IMG/VR virus record: IMGVR_UViG_3300023174_000033
Location: 248,001-312,000 of that record
Length of the DNA stretch: 64,000 bases
Reading direction: 5' to 3' (one strand)
Position numbers and translations under genes: made by a program
The notes under the pieces: model-generated
The model's database searches: none
Told to the model about the DNA's origin: nothing
Seen by the model: the letters and a program-made list of their open reading frames with translations, nothing else
In this document: positions 7,783-16,576 of the stretch, in pieces
Position numbering within the stretch: the first letter of the stretch is position 1
Layout: each line of letters starts with the position of its first letter

Positions 7783-9756
7783 TTATTTATTATTGAAAAA
7801 CTTTCCTGGAAATTTTGAAACATTTAAATTTTGATTCTGACCCCTTGGTACACCTATGCCCATACGCGTCATTGATTTTGTTCCCTTATTGTCATAATAC
7901 CATCTACTTCTTTTTGGATTTATGATAGTATCTTCAAATACACCACCTGATTTTCCATAATCCAAGCTATTAGAATTTGGGTCAGGTTGAAATTCCGAAA
8001 CATCCAAGGAATCACCATTGACAATTTTTTCATATTTCTCACCACCATCTGGATCAATTCCTATTGTAATTCTCAATCCATTTCTATTATTATAGACATC
8101 CATGAGAGTTCCAGTTTTACCACCTGATGGCATTGCGGTGCTTATTTTTTTCCTATCAAATCTATACCAAACTTCAATTGTCTCTGGTATACTCGGTGTA
8201 GGTACCAATTTATTTTGAATAAATGTTCCAGTTTCATAATCAAAAAACCAATCTCTTGGGTCAACTTTTTGTATTACAACGTCACTCACATCTCTTGGTA
8301 TTACTGAATAACGTATGTCGTAATTTTCAGAAATCAAATTGGTCAATCTGCTTGTGGGTTGAATATCTTCTAAAGATCCAATCCCATAAACATAAGTATC
8401 CTGAGTTATTGGGTCTATTCCATTTGGAGGTAGATATGGCCAAAAACATTGATATTCATTGTTAGTTCCATCAATTGGTCCGGAGACTATCGCTTTTACT
8501 TTCACACCGACCCCTTGATTATTTGATATTAAGGGATTACTTGAAACATTTCTTTGATATGGCATTATATCACCGGTAAATTGAGCAGTGAAAAGTTTAT
8601 TTTCTACTAGTTCAAAAACATCATCATAATCCGAATCAATTTCAACTTTCAAGAAATAAATACCATTTTTAAAATCTATAGACATCAAATTGCCTATTTG
8701 GATATTACCCAATCCAATTTCATAGTCAATTTCACTGTTACCATCTGTATTTAGATTTAAAATCTCTTCATAAAGGACCTCACCAACTTCATTATTTTGT
8801 AAAAATAAAAATCTAAAATTAAAAGATTGATTTGGAATGGGGTCCCCATTTATGTCCGTGACATATTTTTTATATCTAAAACTCGGGTGTGTATCAAAAT
8901 TTTCTGGTATAGACTGAGATACTGTATCAAAATCTTCCAAATTAAAATCAAATTTAGTACCAGACCCTATCATCAAATAAGCCATCCCATCAGAAGATGT
9001 TACGACATTGTGAAATTCTGTAAATATTATATTATCCAAATTTCCTCTAGAAATTTGAACTTTTACCGAAATTAATTTGTTAGGATATATTGTTTGGATG
9101 GGGTATGATATACTTGATGGCAAAGTAGGCTTTCTATAAGCTGGATAATATGTTTGAACATCAAAACTCAAAGTGAGTTTTATCTGATTATCAGAGGTCA
9201 TATTTTTCTCACGTTGTATCTGTATCTGATTAGTATCTGGTATCAACATTACTGCGTCAATATTCATAAAGTTATGTTCAAAGTACATAAATCTGTACAA
9301 CCAAATAGTGTCCATGATAGCTTGGCTGCATTTAAAAGTATCAATTTCACTTGTGAGGAGTATACTCATTTCATACTTGGCTGTTATCGGAATGGCACGA
9401 ATCTTGGTCAAAACTCTTCTAACCTCATCATTGTGTTCTAGAACCATCTTCAACCAAACATTGGGATTCGCAAACTCATCAGATCTAATATCATATCCAG
9501 TCAGTGTTATGTGGGCTCTTGGTATAATATCAGTGTTTAGGTCAACTAATCTATTATCCGAAACAACATCATCCGAGAATGAATCTAGTAGAAATCTTTC
9601 ATCTCCAGTAAGTGAATAATAAAAGGGAACGTTGACAATTCTATCACCAGAACTAAATCTGTTTGTCCATTTTATTTCCCCCTCAAGTGTGTCTAATACA
9701 CAAACTGTCAAGTCTCTAAAAAACGAATCCTCAAAATTAAATTTTTGACCTATCAT
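7783..9756 (-). CDS. Tail terminator / sheath stabiliser (T4 gp15-like) with about 450-aa C-terminal extension
   Basis: N-terminal FFRDL...NVPFYY...ERFL...IPRAHI...AIPITAKYEMSI resembles gp15; extension described in findings. Confidence 0.7.
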   Translation of the reverse strand: MIGQKFNFEDSFFRDLTVCVLDTLEGEIKWTNRFSSGDRIVNVPFYYSLTGDERFLLDSFSDDVVSDNRLVDLNTDIIPRAHITLTGYDIRSDEFANPNVWLKMVLEHNDEVRRVLTKIRAIPITAKYEMSILLTSEIDTFKCSQAIMDTIWLYRFMYFEHNFMNIDAVMLIPDTNQIQIQREKNMTSDNQIKLTLSFDVQTYYPAYRKPTLPSSISYPIQTIYPNKLISVKVQISRGNLDNIIFTEFHNVVTSSDGMAYLMIGSGTKFDFNLEDFDTVSQSIPENFDTHPSFRYKKYVTDINGDPIPNQSFNFRFLFLQNNEVGEVLYEEILNLNTDGNSEIDYEIGLGNIQIGNLMSIDFKNGIYFLKVEIDSDYDDVFELVENKLFTAQFTGDIMPYQRNVSSNPLISNNQGVGVKVKAIVSGPIDGTNNEYQCFWPYLPPNGIDPITQDTYVYGIGSLEDIQPTSRLTNLISENYDIRYSVIPRDVSDVVIQKVDPRDWFFDYETGTFIQNKLVPTPSIPETIEVWYRFDRKKISTAMPSGGKTGTLMDVYNNRNGLRITIGIDPDGGEKYEKIVNGDSLDVSEFQPDPNSNSLDYGKSGGVFEDTIINPKRSRWYYDNKGTKSMTRMGIGVPRGQNQNLNVSKFPGKFFNNK

Positions 9757-9806
9757 ATTCTTTTTATTTAAAATATATATAATTTTTTTATTTTTACGGA
9801 GACAAA

Positions 9807-9833
9807 AAACTTAGAAGTTTATCAAATTATAAC
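9807..9833 (+). promoter_or_regulatory. Putative early/middle promoter AAACTT-N15-TATAAC
   Basis: Same bipartite motif upstream of 2054 (2017-2044) and gp47 (58072-58099, minus). Confidence 0.5.
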
Positions 9834-9837
9834 CACT

Positions 9838-10815
9838 ATGAAAAATTTATTGATCACCGAGAGGTGGAGACCAAAGAAATTTGAAGATATAATACTTCTC
9901 CCAAGGGTAAAGAAAATATTTGAAAATGGATTGGATAACAATATTCTTTTATACGGCAACTTTGGGTCCGGCAAAACAACTCTTGCCAGAATCCTAATCG
10001 GCAAATATGATAAATCACACCCATTTATAGAAATAAACAGCTCATTCCACACTTCAATTGATACTTTGAGGAATAAAGTTGATGAATTTTGTTCAAAAGT
10101 CTATATGGGAATTGATTTGGAAAATGACATAGACAAAAATTCCATAAAATACGTTTTTCTTGATGAATTTGATAGAACTTCCTTACAATATCAAGATGCA
10201 TTAAAAGCGTATATAGAAGAGTATTCATCAAAAAATGTTAGGTTTATTCTAACAACAAACCACATTAATAAAATTTCACCTGGAATTAGATCGAGATTAA
10301 CAGAAGTTTGCTTTGATTGTCAAACTGTGGAAGAGGAAAAATATCTCAAACAAGAAATTTTCAAGAAAATTAAAAATGTAATTTGTCCAATTGAAAAAAT
10401 ACAGATTGATAAAAATGAACTTGCTACAATTATAAATAAAAACTTTCCGGATTTTAGATCAACTCTCATTGACCTTGATAATTTCAAACTTACTGGAAAC
10501 ATTCAAAATGGTTCTCAAATAAATTTAAAACTAAAAGTTTCTACTTATGATTTGGTTATTAATAAGAATTTGACCTATGAGAATATCTATGATTTTATCC
10601 TGTCAAACTATGGACCCGATGGAATATTTGATTTGATAAAAATCTTTGGTAAGGATTTTATTGACTACTCAATTGAAAATAATCTATATTTGGACAAATT
10701 ATTCAAAGTAAACTCAATTGTTTGTGATTATACATTTTTATTGGAAAAGTCATCAGACCCCATAGTTTTATCTATGGCTTTGATTGGGAAATTAAGAGAG
10801 ATCTTGATGACTTGA
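9838..10815 (+). CDS. Clamp loader ATPase subunit (T4 gp44 / RFC small-like)
   Basis: ERWRPK, Walker A GNFGSGKTT, Walker B FLDEFD, IRSRL sensor motif. Confidence 0.9.
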   Translation: MKNLLITERWRPKKFEDIILLPRVKKIFENGLDNNILLYGNFGSGKTTLARILIGKYDKSHPFIEINSSFHTSIDTLRNKVDEFCSKVYMGIDLENDIDKNSIKYVFLDEFDRTSLQYQDALKAYIEEYSSKNVRFILTTNHINKISPGIRSRLTEVCFDCQTVEEEKYLKQEIFKKIKNVICPIEKIQIDKNELATIINKNFPDFRSTLIDLDNFKLTGNIQNGSQINLKLKVSTYDLVINKNLTYENIYDFILSNYGPDGIFDLIKIFGKDFIDYSIENNLYLDKLFKVNSIVCDYTFLLEKSSDPIVLSMALIGKLREILMT

Positions 10816-10834
10816 TATAATTAATATATAAACC

Positions 10835-11218
10835 ATGGCTTTTGATTTCAAGGATTTTTATGTAATGTACAAAGGTAATCCTTACTATGAGGGGGATAAA
10901 ATTGAGGAAGATAGTGTAATAAGAGTTATTATACAGAAATACTATAATTTATTATTCACCAATAAGGGGGATGTGCTCGGAGATCCTGAATTTGGAGCTA
11001 ATCTAGAAGAATTACTTTATGAAACAGGGTTAGACGATGTGTCCGTGAGGCAAGTCATAATTGACCAATTAGAGATATACATACCTGAAATATTTGGAAC
11101 TAGTTTTGATATAGGGGTCGTATTTGTTGAGGACCCATATAATTATCAAGAAATGATGTTTATCAATCTAACAATTAGTGACTTTGATATAATTACACAA
11201 GTAGGGAGGACTGGTTAA
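10835..11218 (+). CDS. Baseplate wedge protein (T4 gp25-like)
   Basis: LLFTNKGDVLGDPEFGANLEELLYE...IYIPE motif. Confidence 0.85.
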   Translation: MAFDFKDFYVMYKGNPYYEGDKIEEDSVIRVIIQKYYNLLFTNKGDVLGDPEFGANLEELLYETGLDDVSVRQVIIDQLEIYIPEIFGTSFDIGVVFVEDPYNYQEMMFINLTISDFDIITQVGRTG

Positions 11219-11826
11219 ATTGGACAGTGATTGGCAGACCAAATATACTTCCAGTTTCTTTTAATATTTATCCCCATTGATTCCATGAGTACATAAATAT
11301 CCTCAAGGCACTCATTATCAGCTCCCCCAACAATTGTAACATTTCTATTTTTTAAATTATTTAAAAGTTCCCAAAGTTTCTTTGGACACTCAAACCATTT
11401 GTGGTTATTACCGACAAAGACCAAATGAATCCCATCTTTTATTTTGAAAAAGTCACCAACTTTAATATCTCCCTTTTCTTCCTTACTTTTCAATAATTTA
11501 TAGGTTTCGTTCCCCATTTTATCTTTAAAAAAATCAACATCAACATCATACCTATATCTTTTCTCAATAATATCTTTTTGATTGGGGAATTGATAAAGAT
11601 CAGGGTGAATTGGGATTGTTGGATTATCTTTGTATAGATAATCATCTTCAACATTTTTCCCATCTACATGATTGTCCCAAATTTGATATACTTCTTTAAA
11701 AGTATTACAATATTTCTTTAATTCGTGTAAATACATTTCACTGAAAAATTTCTTGTAGGATTTCTGTGTGTCAACAATTACCAAAACTTCTTCTCCAAAG
11801 TTCTCGTAGATTTTTAAATACTTCAT
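11215..11826 (-). CDS. Isochorismatase/nicotinamidase-like cysteine hydrolase with N-terminal leader motif
   Basis: VLVIVDTQ (Asp), IIEK (Lys), IVGGADNECL (Cys) fit the D-K-C triad arrangement. Confidence 0.6.
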   Translation of the reverse strand: MKYLKIYENFGEEVLVIVDTQKSYKKFFSEMYLHELKKYCNTFKEVYQIWDNHVDGKNVEDDYLYKDNPTIPIHPDLYQFPNQKDIIEKRYRYDVDVDFFKDKMGNETYKLLKSKEEKGDIKVGDFFKIKDGIHLVFVGNNHKWFECPKKLWELLNNLKNRNVTIVGGADNECLEDIYVLMESMGINIKRNWKYIWSANHCPI

Positions 11827-11852
11827 ACAGTATATATTAGTAAGGTCAAAAA

Positions 11853-11878
11853 AAAAACACCGACGAATCGGTGTTTTT
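11853..11878 (-). terminator. Intrinsic terminator
   Basis: aaaaacaccga-cgaa-tcggtgttttt hairpin after the 184-aa ORF. Confidence 0.85.
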
Positions 11879-11897
11879 GATTTATTTTATTAAAATC

Positions 11898-12452
11898 TTA
11901 TTCAGGTAATTCTTCACCACCTTCTTCTTCTTCTTCTTCGGTGCCCTCTTCTTCAACTTCTTCAAATTCACTTTGACCCTGTGTTTGGCCCTGAGTTTGT
12001 GTCTGTCCCTCTTCCTGTGTCTCGGTTTGAACTTGTACCTGACCCTGTCCTTGTGTTTGTACCTGTCCTTGTGGTTGAGCTTCGGTTTGTACTTGAGTCT
12101 GGACTTGTCCTTGTGTTTGTGCTTGTGGCTCCATTTGACCTTGTCCTTGTGTTTGAGATTGTTCTTGTCCACCACCCACTAGAGCATTTGGCGAAAGTGT
12201 ATCAGCATCTAACCCAGTTTGTGCTACAAACTTTACAATTTCTTCAGCAATATCCATATCGCCGAAAAACTGCCTTAGGTTTTTGCCAGTATTATCCTTT
12301 ACTTTCTTTACGTAAGCATTGATTAATGACTGTGGAATGTCAATAGTAGTTTTAACTTTATAAATATCATTAACTTGGAAAACTGCTTCCATAATTATTT
12401 CCCCCCTTTTTTTGTCCTTTCTGAAGGATTCAAACTTTCTCAAATGATTCAT
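11898..12452 (-). CDS. Hypothetical protein with leader motif and Gln/Thr/Gly then Glu-rich tail
   Basis: Starts MNHLRKFESF; QTQGQ repeats; acidic C-terminus; own promoter and terminator. Confidence 0.75.
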   Translation of the reverse strand: MNHLRKFESFRKDKKRGEIIMEAVFQVNDIYKVKTTIDIPQSLINAYVKKVKDNTGKNLRQFFGDMDIAEEIVKFVAQTGLDADTLSPNALVGGGQEQSQTQGQGQMEPQAQTQGQVQTQVQTEAQPQGQVQTQGQGQVQVQTETQEEGQTQTQGQTQGQSEFEEVEEEGTEEEEEEGGEELPE

Positions 12453-12518
12453 GTTATCAAGAATATTTTTTATAATTAAAGTTATATATTATAATACAAA
12501 ACCCAATTTTTTATTTTT

Positions 12519-13022
12519 TCAATGTAGTGCTAAAATAATTGATAATACCAATGTCGTGACCAATAATCCACCAGTTCCCCACCAAGCCACGGCCTTTTCA
12601 AGCTTAAGATTATTTATTTGTTTATTATTGTTTGAGATTATTGTATCTTTTGAAGCAGATTGTTTTTCACAAAGAAATTTCAATCTTTCTTCTTCCTTTT
12701 TACTATCCAAGCAAGTATTTAATAAATTCAAGTTATTTGTACTTGAAGAGTCTGCTCTCTTCAAACTAACTCTATATGTGCCCAATGTCCTTTCATAGTC
12801 ATCAACCACAACAACCATTTTATTCATTGTGCAGTCGCAAGATATAGCCATAGTTTCAAAGAATGATTTCAATTGTAAATCATTTTTAATTCTTTTAAGT
12901 TGGGACATGGATATTGTTATACCAAGTGTATCTTTACCGTTTATGTAGTATTTTGGTAGTTTATCTTGTGAAAACACGAAATAAGGTAAAATTAAAAATA
13001 AAAGTATAAATAAACTTCTCAT
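12519..13022 (-). CDS. Exported coiled-coil protein with C-terminal transmembrane helix (candidate spanin partner)
   Basis: Signal peptide MRSLFILLFLILPYFVFS-Q; C-terminal GLLVTTLVLSIILAL. Confidence 0.55.
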   Translation of the reverse strand: MRSLFILLFLILPYFVFSQDKLPKYYINGKDTLGITISMSQLKRIKNDLQLKSFFETMAISCDCTMNKMVVVVDDYERTLGTYRVSLKRADSSSTNNLNLLNTCLDSKKEEERLKFLCEKQSASKDTIISNNNKQINNLKLEKAVAWWGTGGLLVTTLVLSIILALH

Positions 13023-13026
13023 CGGG

Positions 13027-13434
13027 TTAATATTTTTTAAAGAATTCTAAAGTTTCTTCATTTGTTGGAATTCTTTGATTTCTCTTCATTTCTTCAATTT
13101 TGTCTCTATCAATTTTCCATCTTTTTTTATAATTGTTCAACGTATCAATTGATATTTTTAATTTAGCTTCTTGAATTTTAATTTTTTCCCTATCTTTTTT
13201 TATCATACTATCCAATCTTAAACCAACTTTGTAAATGCTGTCATACCTCACCTCAAGTCTTTTTTTAATCAAATCAATTGAATCTTTTTGCTTTTCAAGA
13301 CTTTCAATTTTTGAAAGTAGTCTGGAATTATCCCTTTCTAATTTTGATGGATCTCCAAAAAAATTCTTCCAAACTAAATATATGAGTGAACAAATCAGTA
13401 TGGGAAATAAAATATATTTAAAAATATTTTCCAT
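13027..13434 (-). CDS. N-terminally membrane-anchored coiled-coil protein (i-spanin-like)
   Basis: Hydrophobic YILFPILICSLIYLVW followed by a long charged coiled coil. Confidence 0.55.
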   Translation of the reverse strand: MENIFKYILFPILICSLIYLVWKNFFGDPSKLERDNSRLLSKIESLEKQKDSIDLIKKRLEVRYDSIYKVGLRLDSMIKKDREKIKIQEAKLKISIDTLNNYKKRWKIDRDKIEEMKRNQRIPTNEETLEFFKKY

Positions 13435-13504
13435 TTTTGGTTTTTTTTTATATACCTTTGTATATATAAAAAATATATAATCTCATAAAAAATAAAAAAT
13501 AACG

Positions 13505-13786
13505 ATGTCCACGATTATTAAAGAACAACTAAGTACACAATTAGAGGAACTTTTGACTCAACCACATATGATCATTCTACATAATGATGATTACAATTCT
13601 TTTGATTTTGTAATCAACTCACTGATTGAAATCTGTGGACATGAATACGAACAGGCTTCTCAATGTGCCCATATCGTACATTTTACTGGTAAATGTGATA
13701 TTAAACGGGGTGACTTGGATTCATTGAAAAAAATGTATAATAAGTTGAAATCTCTTGGACTCTCCGTCACCTTGGAAATGATTTAA
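13505..13786 (+). CDS. clpS: ATP-dependent Clp protease adaptor ClpS
   Basis: IILHNDDYNSFDFVINSL...QASQCAHIVHFTGKCDIK signature. Confidence 0.9.
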   Translation: MSTIIKEQLSTQLEELLTQPHMIILHNDDYNSFDFVINSLIEICGHEYEQASQCAHIVHFTGKCDIKRGDLDSLKKMYNKLKSLGLSVTLEMI

Positions 13787-15930
13787 GATTTCCAAGGACT
13801 TTTGAATGTCTGATTTTCAACTATCCTAGCTGCCCTTCTCCTCCGATTTACTGACAATAAAGCGGAGTAGTCATTTCCTTCGGTATAATCTTTTCTATCT
13901 AAAATTTGATTATAATAAGATAATCTATGTCCCTCTAATTTAGTTCTCGCATAATCCTCAACCATTTCACGGAATTCGTATTTACTAAAAACACTTGACA
14001 TATTAACCAAAGTCATCACGGTGTCGTCGTGTCCGATATCAGCAGCATATCTGACATTTCCAGATGGGGTTATATGTTTAACAAATGTGGTGATTTCTCG
14101 TATATTATCTTCATTCGTAATCAAAATATTTTTTCTATCCATATTATCTTGATAATCTTTAACGAGCATATTCTTATTTTCACCAATTTTAAGTCCAATT
14201 TTTTCCTCTGGTGAGTCAACTCTGTGTTTATATCTGAAAAAAACATTTGACCCATAGTTATTATTACCTTCAAATAAACCTGGTAAATGAGCTAGAAATT
14301 CATTTCCATAGTTATTTAATTCCAATACAACTTTGAAATTTTCAGAGTTGAAATATTCAAATAATAAACAATAGAATACCTCTGCGAGTTGTTTTACCGA
14401 AACCAAATTATTTCTGTATACGGCAATTTGTTCTAAACAGAAAAAATCAGACAAATGTGTATAAGAATTTTTTTGCATCTCAACTAAATCCTCTGATTTT
14501 GGAACTATTTTGAAAACATTTATGATTGAATAGTCTTGTCCCAAACCTTCTGAAATATCAACCGACATTATTCCTTTGACAGTATTTCTATCAATCGGTG
14601 AAAAAACTGAATCATCATCAACCCATTTCAATTCATCATAGGGGAATTTTAATCTTCTGTCCAACTCCTCCAACTTTTCGTAAACATAATTTTTCTTATT
14701 TGAAAGTAATCCCTCAATTATATGTTCTGAAAGTAATGACCTTGTGGCATTGACAAACCTCAACCCATATTCTTGGTTGAAAGCGTCCTCACCACCGATA
14801 TCTTTGACCGCCTCCTCTTTCCAAGTAGTTACTTCTGCTACACTTTGTATTGGTATCTCTTCTCCACTTTCTTTTAATATCTTTATAGACTTTGCCTGAA
14901 TTTCACTGCAAGTTTCATTGTTATAAACACAGATAACATCTTTTACTATATCTGTATAAAATTTCATTTCAATTTTAGTGAATTTATTGAACTCATTATT
15001 TACTTGATCAAAAACACTTTCTTTTGTGAGTCCATGTTCATACATCTTGTGATTATTTAGTCGGTATAAAGTGACAAATCTTCCAGGCACTTGATACCAA
15101 TAAACCCTCATAGCTTTGTAGTTATTCTTTAATGGATCACCATCAGGCCTTTCCGCATCGGTTAAAAGTCTATGAAATAAATTCATCCCATTTGGTGTAG
15201 ACGTAATTACAATCTTGGAATTTTCCACCGCAGATACTACTGGAAATACCGCAGTATAGTATGGTTCAATTATGTTTGATGGTATGTGGGCAAATTCATC
15301 CAAATATAGAAAGTCAATCGTAAAACCAATTGCAGGTGTTTTACTTCTAGCGGCCGATTTTATTCTACAACCATTTTCAAATATTATGGTTCTTTGATTC
15401 CAGTTTTTCAAACCAGTTTTTAGAAAAAATGGAAGATTTTGATAAATTGCTTTTATCTTATCAATAATTTCAATAGTAGTACTAGCTATATTTGCTACAA
15501 TCATTATGTTTTTATCATTATTGAATGTGACATAATGTAACATCGCGATAGCTGCATTTATGGTTTTCCCTATCTGCCTTGACCCCATGAGTATTGAAAA
15601 TCTACTTGCGGTATATAAATCAAGTATCTTTTTCTGATAATCCCTTAATTTTATATTTTGTATTGAACCATCCTCTGTTTTGATTTTACAATATTTTTCG
15701 GCAAAGTAATGTATATCAAGTTTACATTTGATGTATTCTTGGATCTCATCTTGACTCATCATGAAAGTGATGCCAGACTTTCTCAACCCTACTTCACTTT
15801 GAAACCATGGGTTTTCAAATCTTTTGATTACAACACCATCATTTATCCTATCAGTAACATCTTCAATTAATGTGGAAGTGAATATGATTTTCCTTACTTC
15901 TTCCTCCTTTTTTGAGGCCATAGGGCTCAT
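13783..15930 (-). CDS. terL: Terminase large subunit (T4 gp17-like)
   Basis: LRDYQ, Walker A SRQIGKT, Walker B LYLDEFA, ITSTPNG, nuclease VDISEGLGQDYS and HDDTVM. Confidence 0.95.
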   Translation of the reverse strand: MSPMASKKEEEVRKIIFTSTLIEDVTDRINDGVVIKRFENPWFQSEVGLRKSGITFMMSQDEIQEYIKCKLDIHYFAEKYCKIKTEDGSIQNIKLRDYQKKILDLYTASRFSILMGSRQIGKTINAAIAMLHYVTFNNDKNIMIVANIASTTIEIIDKIKAIYQNLPFFLKTGLKNWNQRTIIFENGCRIKSAARSKTPAIGFTIDFLYLDEFAHIPSNIIEPYYTAVFPVVSAVENSKIVITSTPNGMNLFHRLLTDAERPDGDPLKNNYKAMRVYWYQVPGRFVTLYRLNNHKMYEHGLTKESVFDQVNNEFNKFTKIEMKFYTDIVKDVICVYNNETCSEIQAKSIKILKESGEEIPIQSVAEVTTWKEEAVKDIGGEDAFNQEYGLRFVNATRSLLSEHIIEGLLSNKKNYVYEKLEELDRRLKFPYDELKWVDDDSVFSPIDRNTVKGIMSVDISEGLGQDYSIINVFKIVPKSEDLVEMQKNSYTHLSDFFCLEQIAVYRNNLVSVKQLAEVFYCLLFEYFNSENFKVVLELNNYGNEFLAHLPGLFEGNNNYGSNVFFRYKHRVDSPEEKIGLKIGENKNMLVKDYQDNMDRKNILITNEDNIREITTFVKHITPSGNVRYAADIGHDDTVMTLVNMSSVFSKYEFREMVEDYARTKLEGHRLSYYNQILDRKDYTEGNDYSALLSVNRRRRAARIVENQTFKSPWKS

Positions 15931-15967
15931 TATTTTATGATATATATGGCAAACATTCCGGTCTCAT

Positions 15968-16576
15968 ATGGCAAAAAAAGACGAAAAATTGAACGATTTA
16001 AAGGATGAGTTCTCAAGAATCCAAGAAGAAAATAAAGACTTGGATGTATCAAAGTATCTAGCTAAAAAGGAAGATTTACCTGATTTTGGGTCAATTGAAA
16101 TTTATGATTATGATAAGGATCTTGTTGTATCGGAACTCTCCGCGAATGAGGTTTTGGAAGCTCTTTTTGAACTTTATTTTGGAGATATTGAGGGTATTCA
16201 AGAAAACAAATACCTTATAAAAAAGATGAAAGAAGATGCTCAAGTGTATGCGGAAACCATTTTTTTACAGAAAATGACAAGGAAGAACTTTCTTCAACAA
16301 TTGAAACAAATTGACAATGGGGACAATTCAGCTAGATTACATGAGGTGGTGAATCAATCAATTTCACAAGTTCGCGAGAATATAAAATTTGCCCAAAGTC
16401 AAAGAACGGAATTAGAAAAATACTATCGTGACATGAGAAAGGATTATGATAGAATGATGGAAAACTTAAAACAAACCAAAATTGAACAAGGCATTGAAAC
16501 AAAAACTGATGGTAAGATAGTGGATGCTAGAAGTTTGAATGATATGATTGAAAAAATGCTCAAGAATAAGGATTAA
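15968..16576 (+). CDS. Probable terminase small subunit (gp16-like)
   Basis: NSARLHEVVNQSI resembles the gp16 PRAYEV helix; helical, C-terminal SLNDMIEKML; divergent from terL. Confidence 0.5.
   Translation: MAKKDEKLNDLKDEFSRIQEENKDLDVSKYLAKKEDLPDFGSIEIYDYDKDLVVSELSANEVLEALFELYFGDIEGIQENKYLIKKMKEDAQVYAETIFLQKMTRKNFLQQLKQIDNGDNSARLHEVVNQSISQVRENIKFAQSQRTELEKYYRDMRKDYDRMMENLKQTKIEQGIETKTDGKIVDARSLNDMIEKMLKNKD

Noticed and set aside
11882-12322. Alternative-frame ORFs over the QTQG region, and similar short antisense ORFs inside the 3083-, 1999- and 2459-aa genes
   Set aside because: By-products of low-complexity or repeat coding; no promoter motif or plausible protein features.
14830-15080. 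Intein in terminase
   Set aside because: No N-terminal Cys/Ser or C-terminal His-Asn splice motifs and too short for a typical intein.
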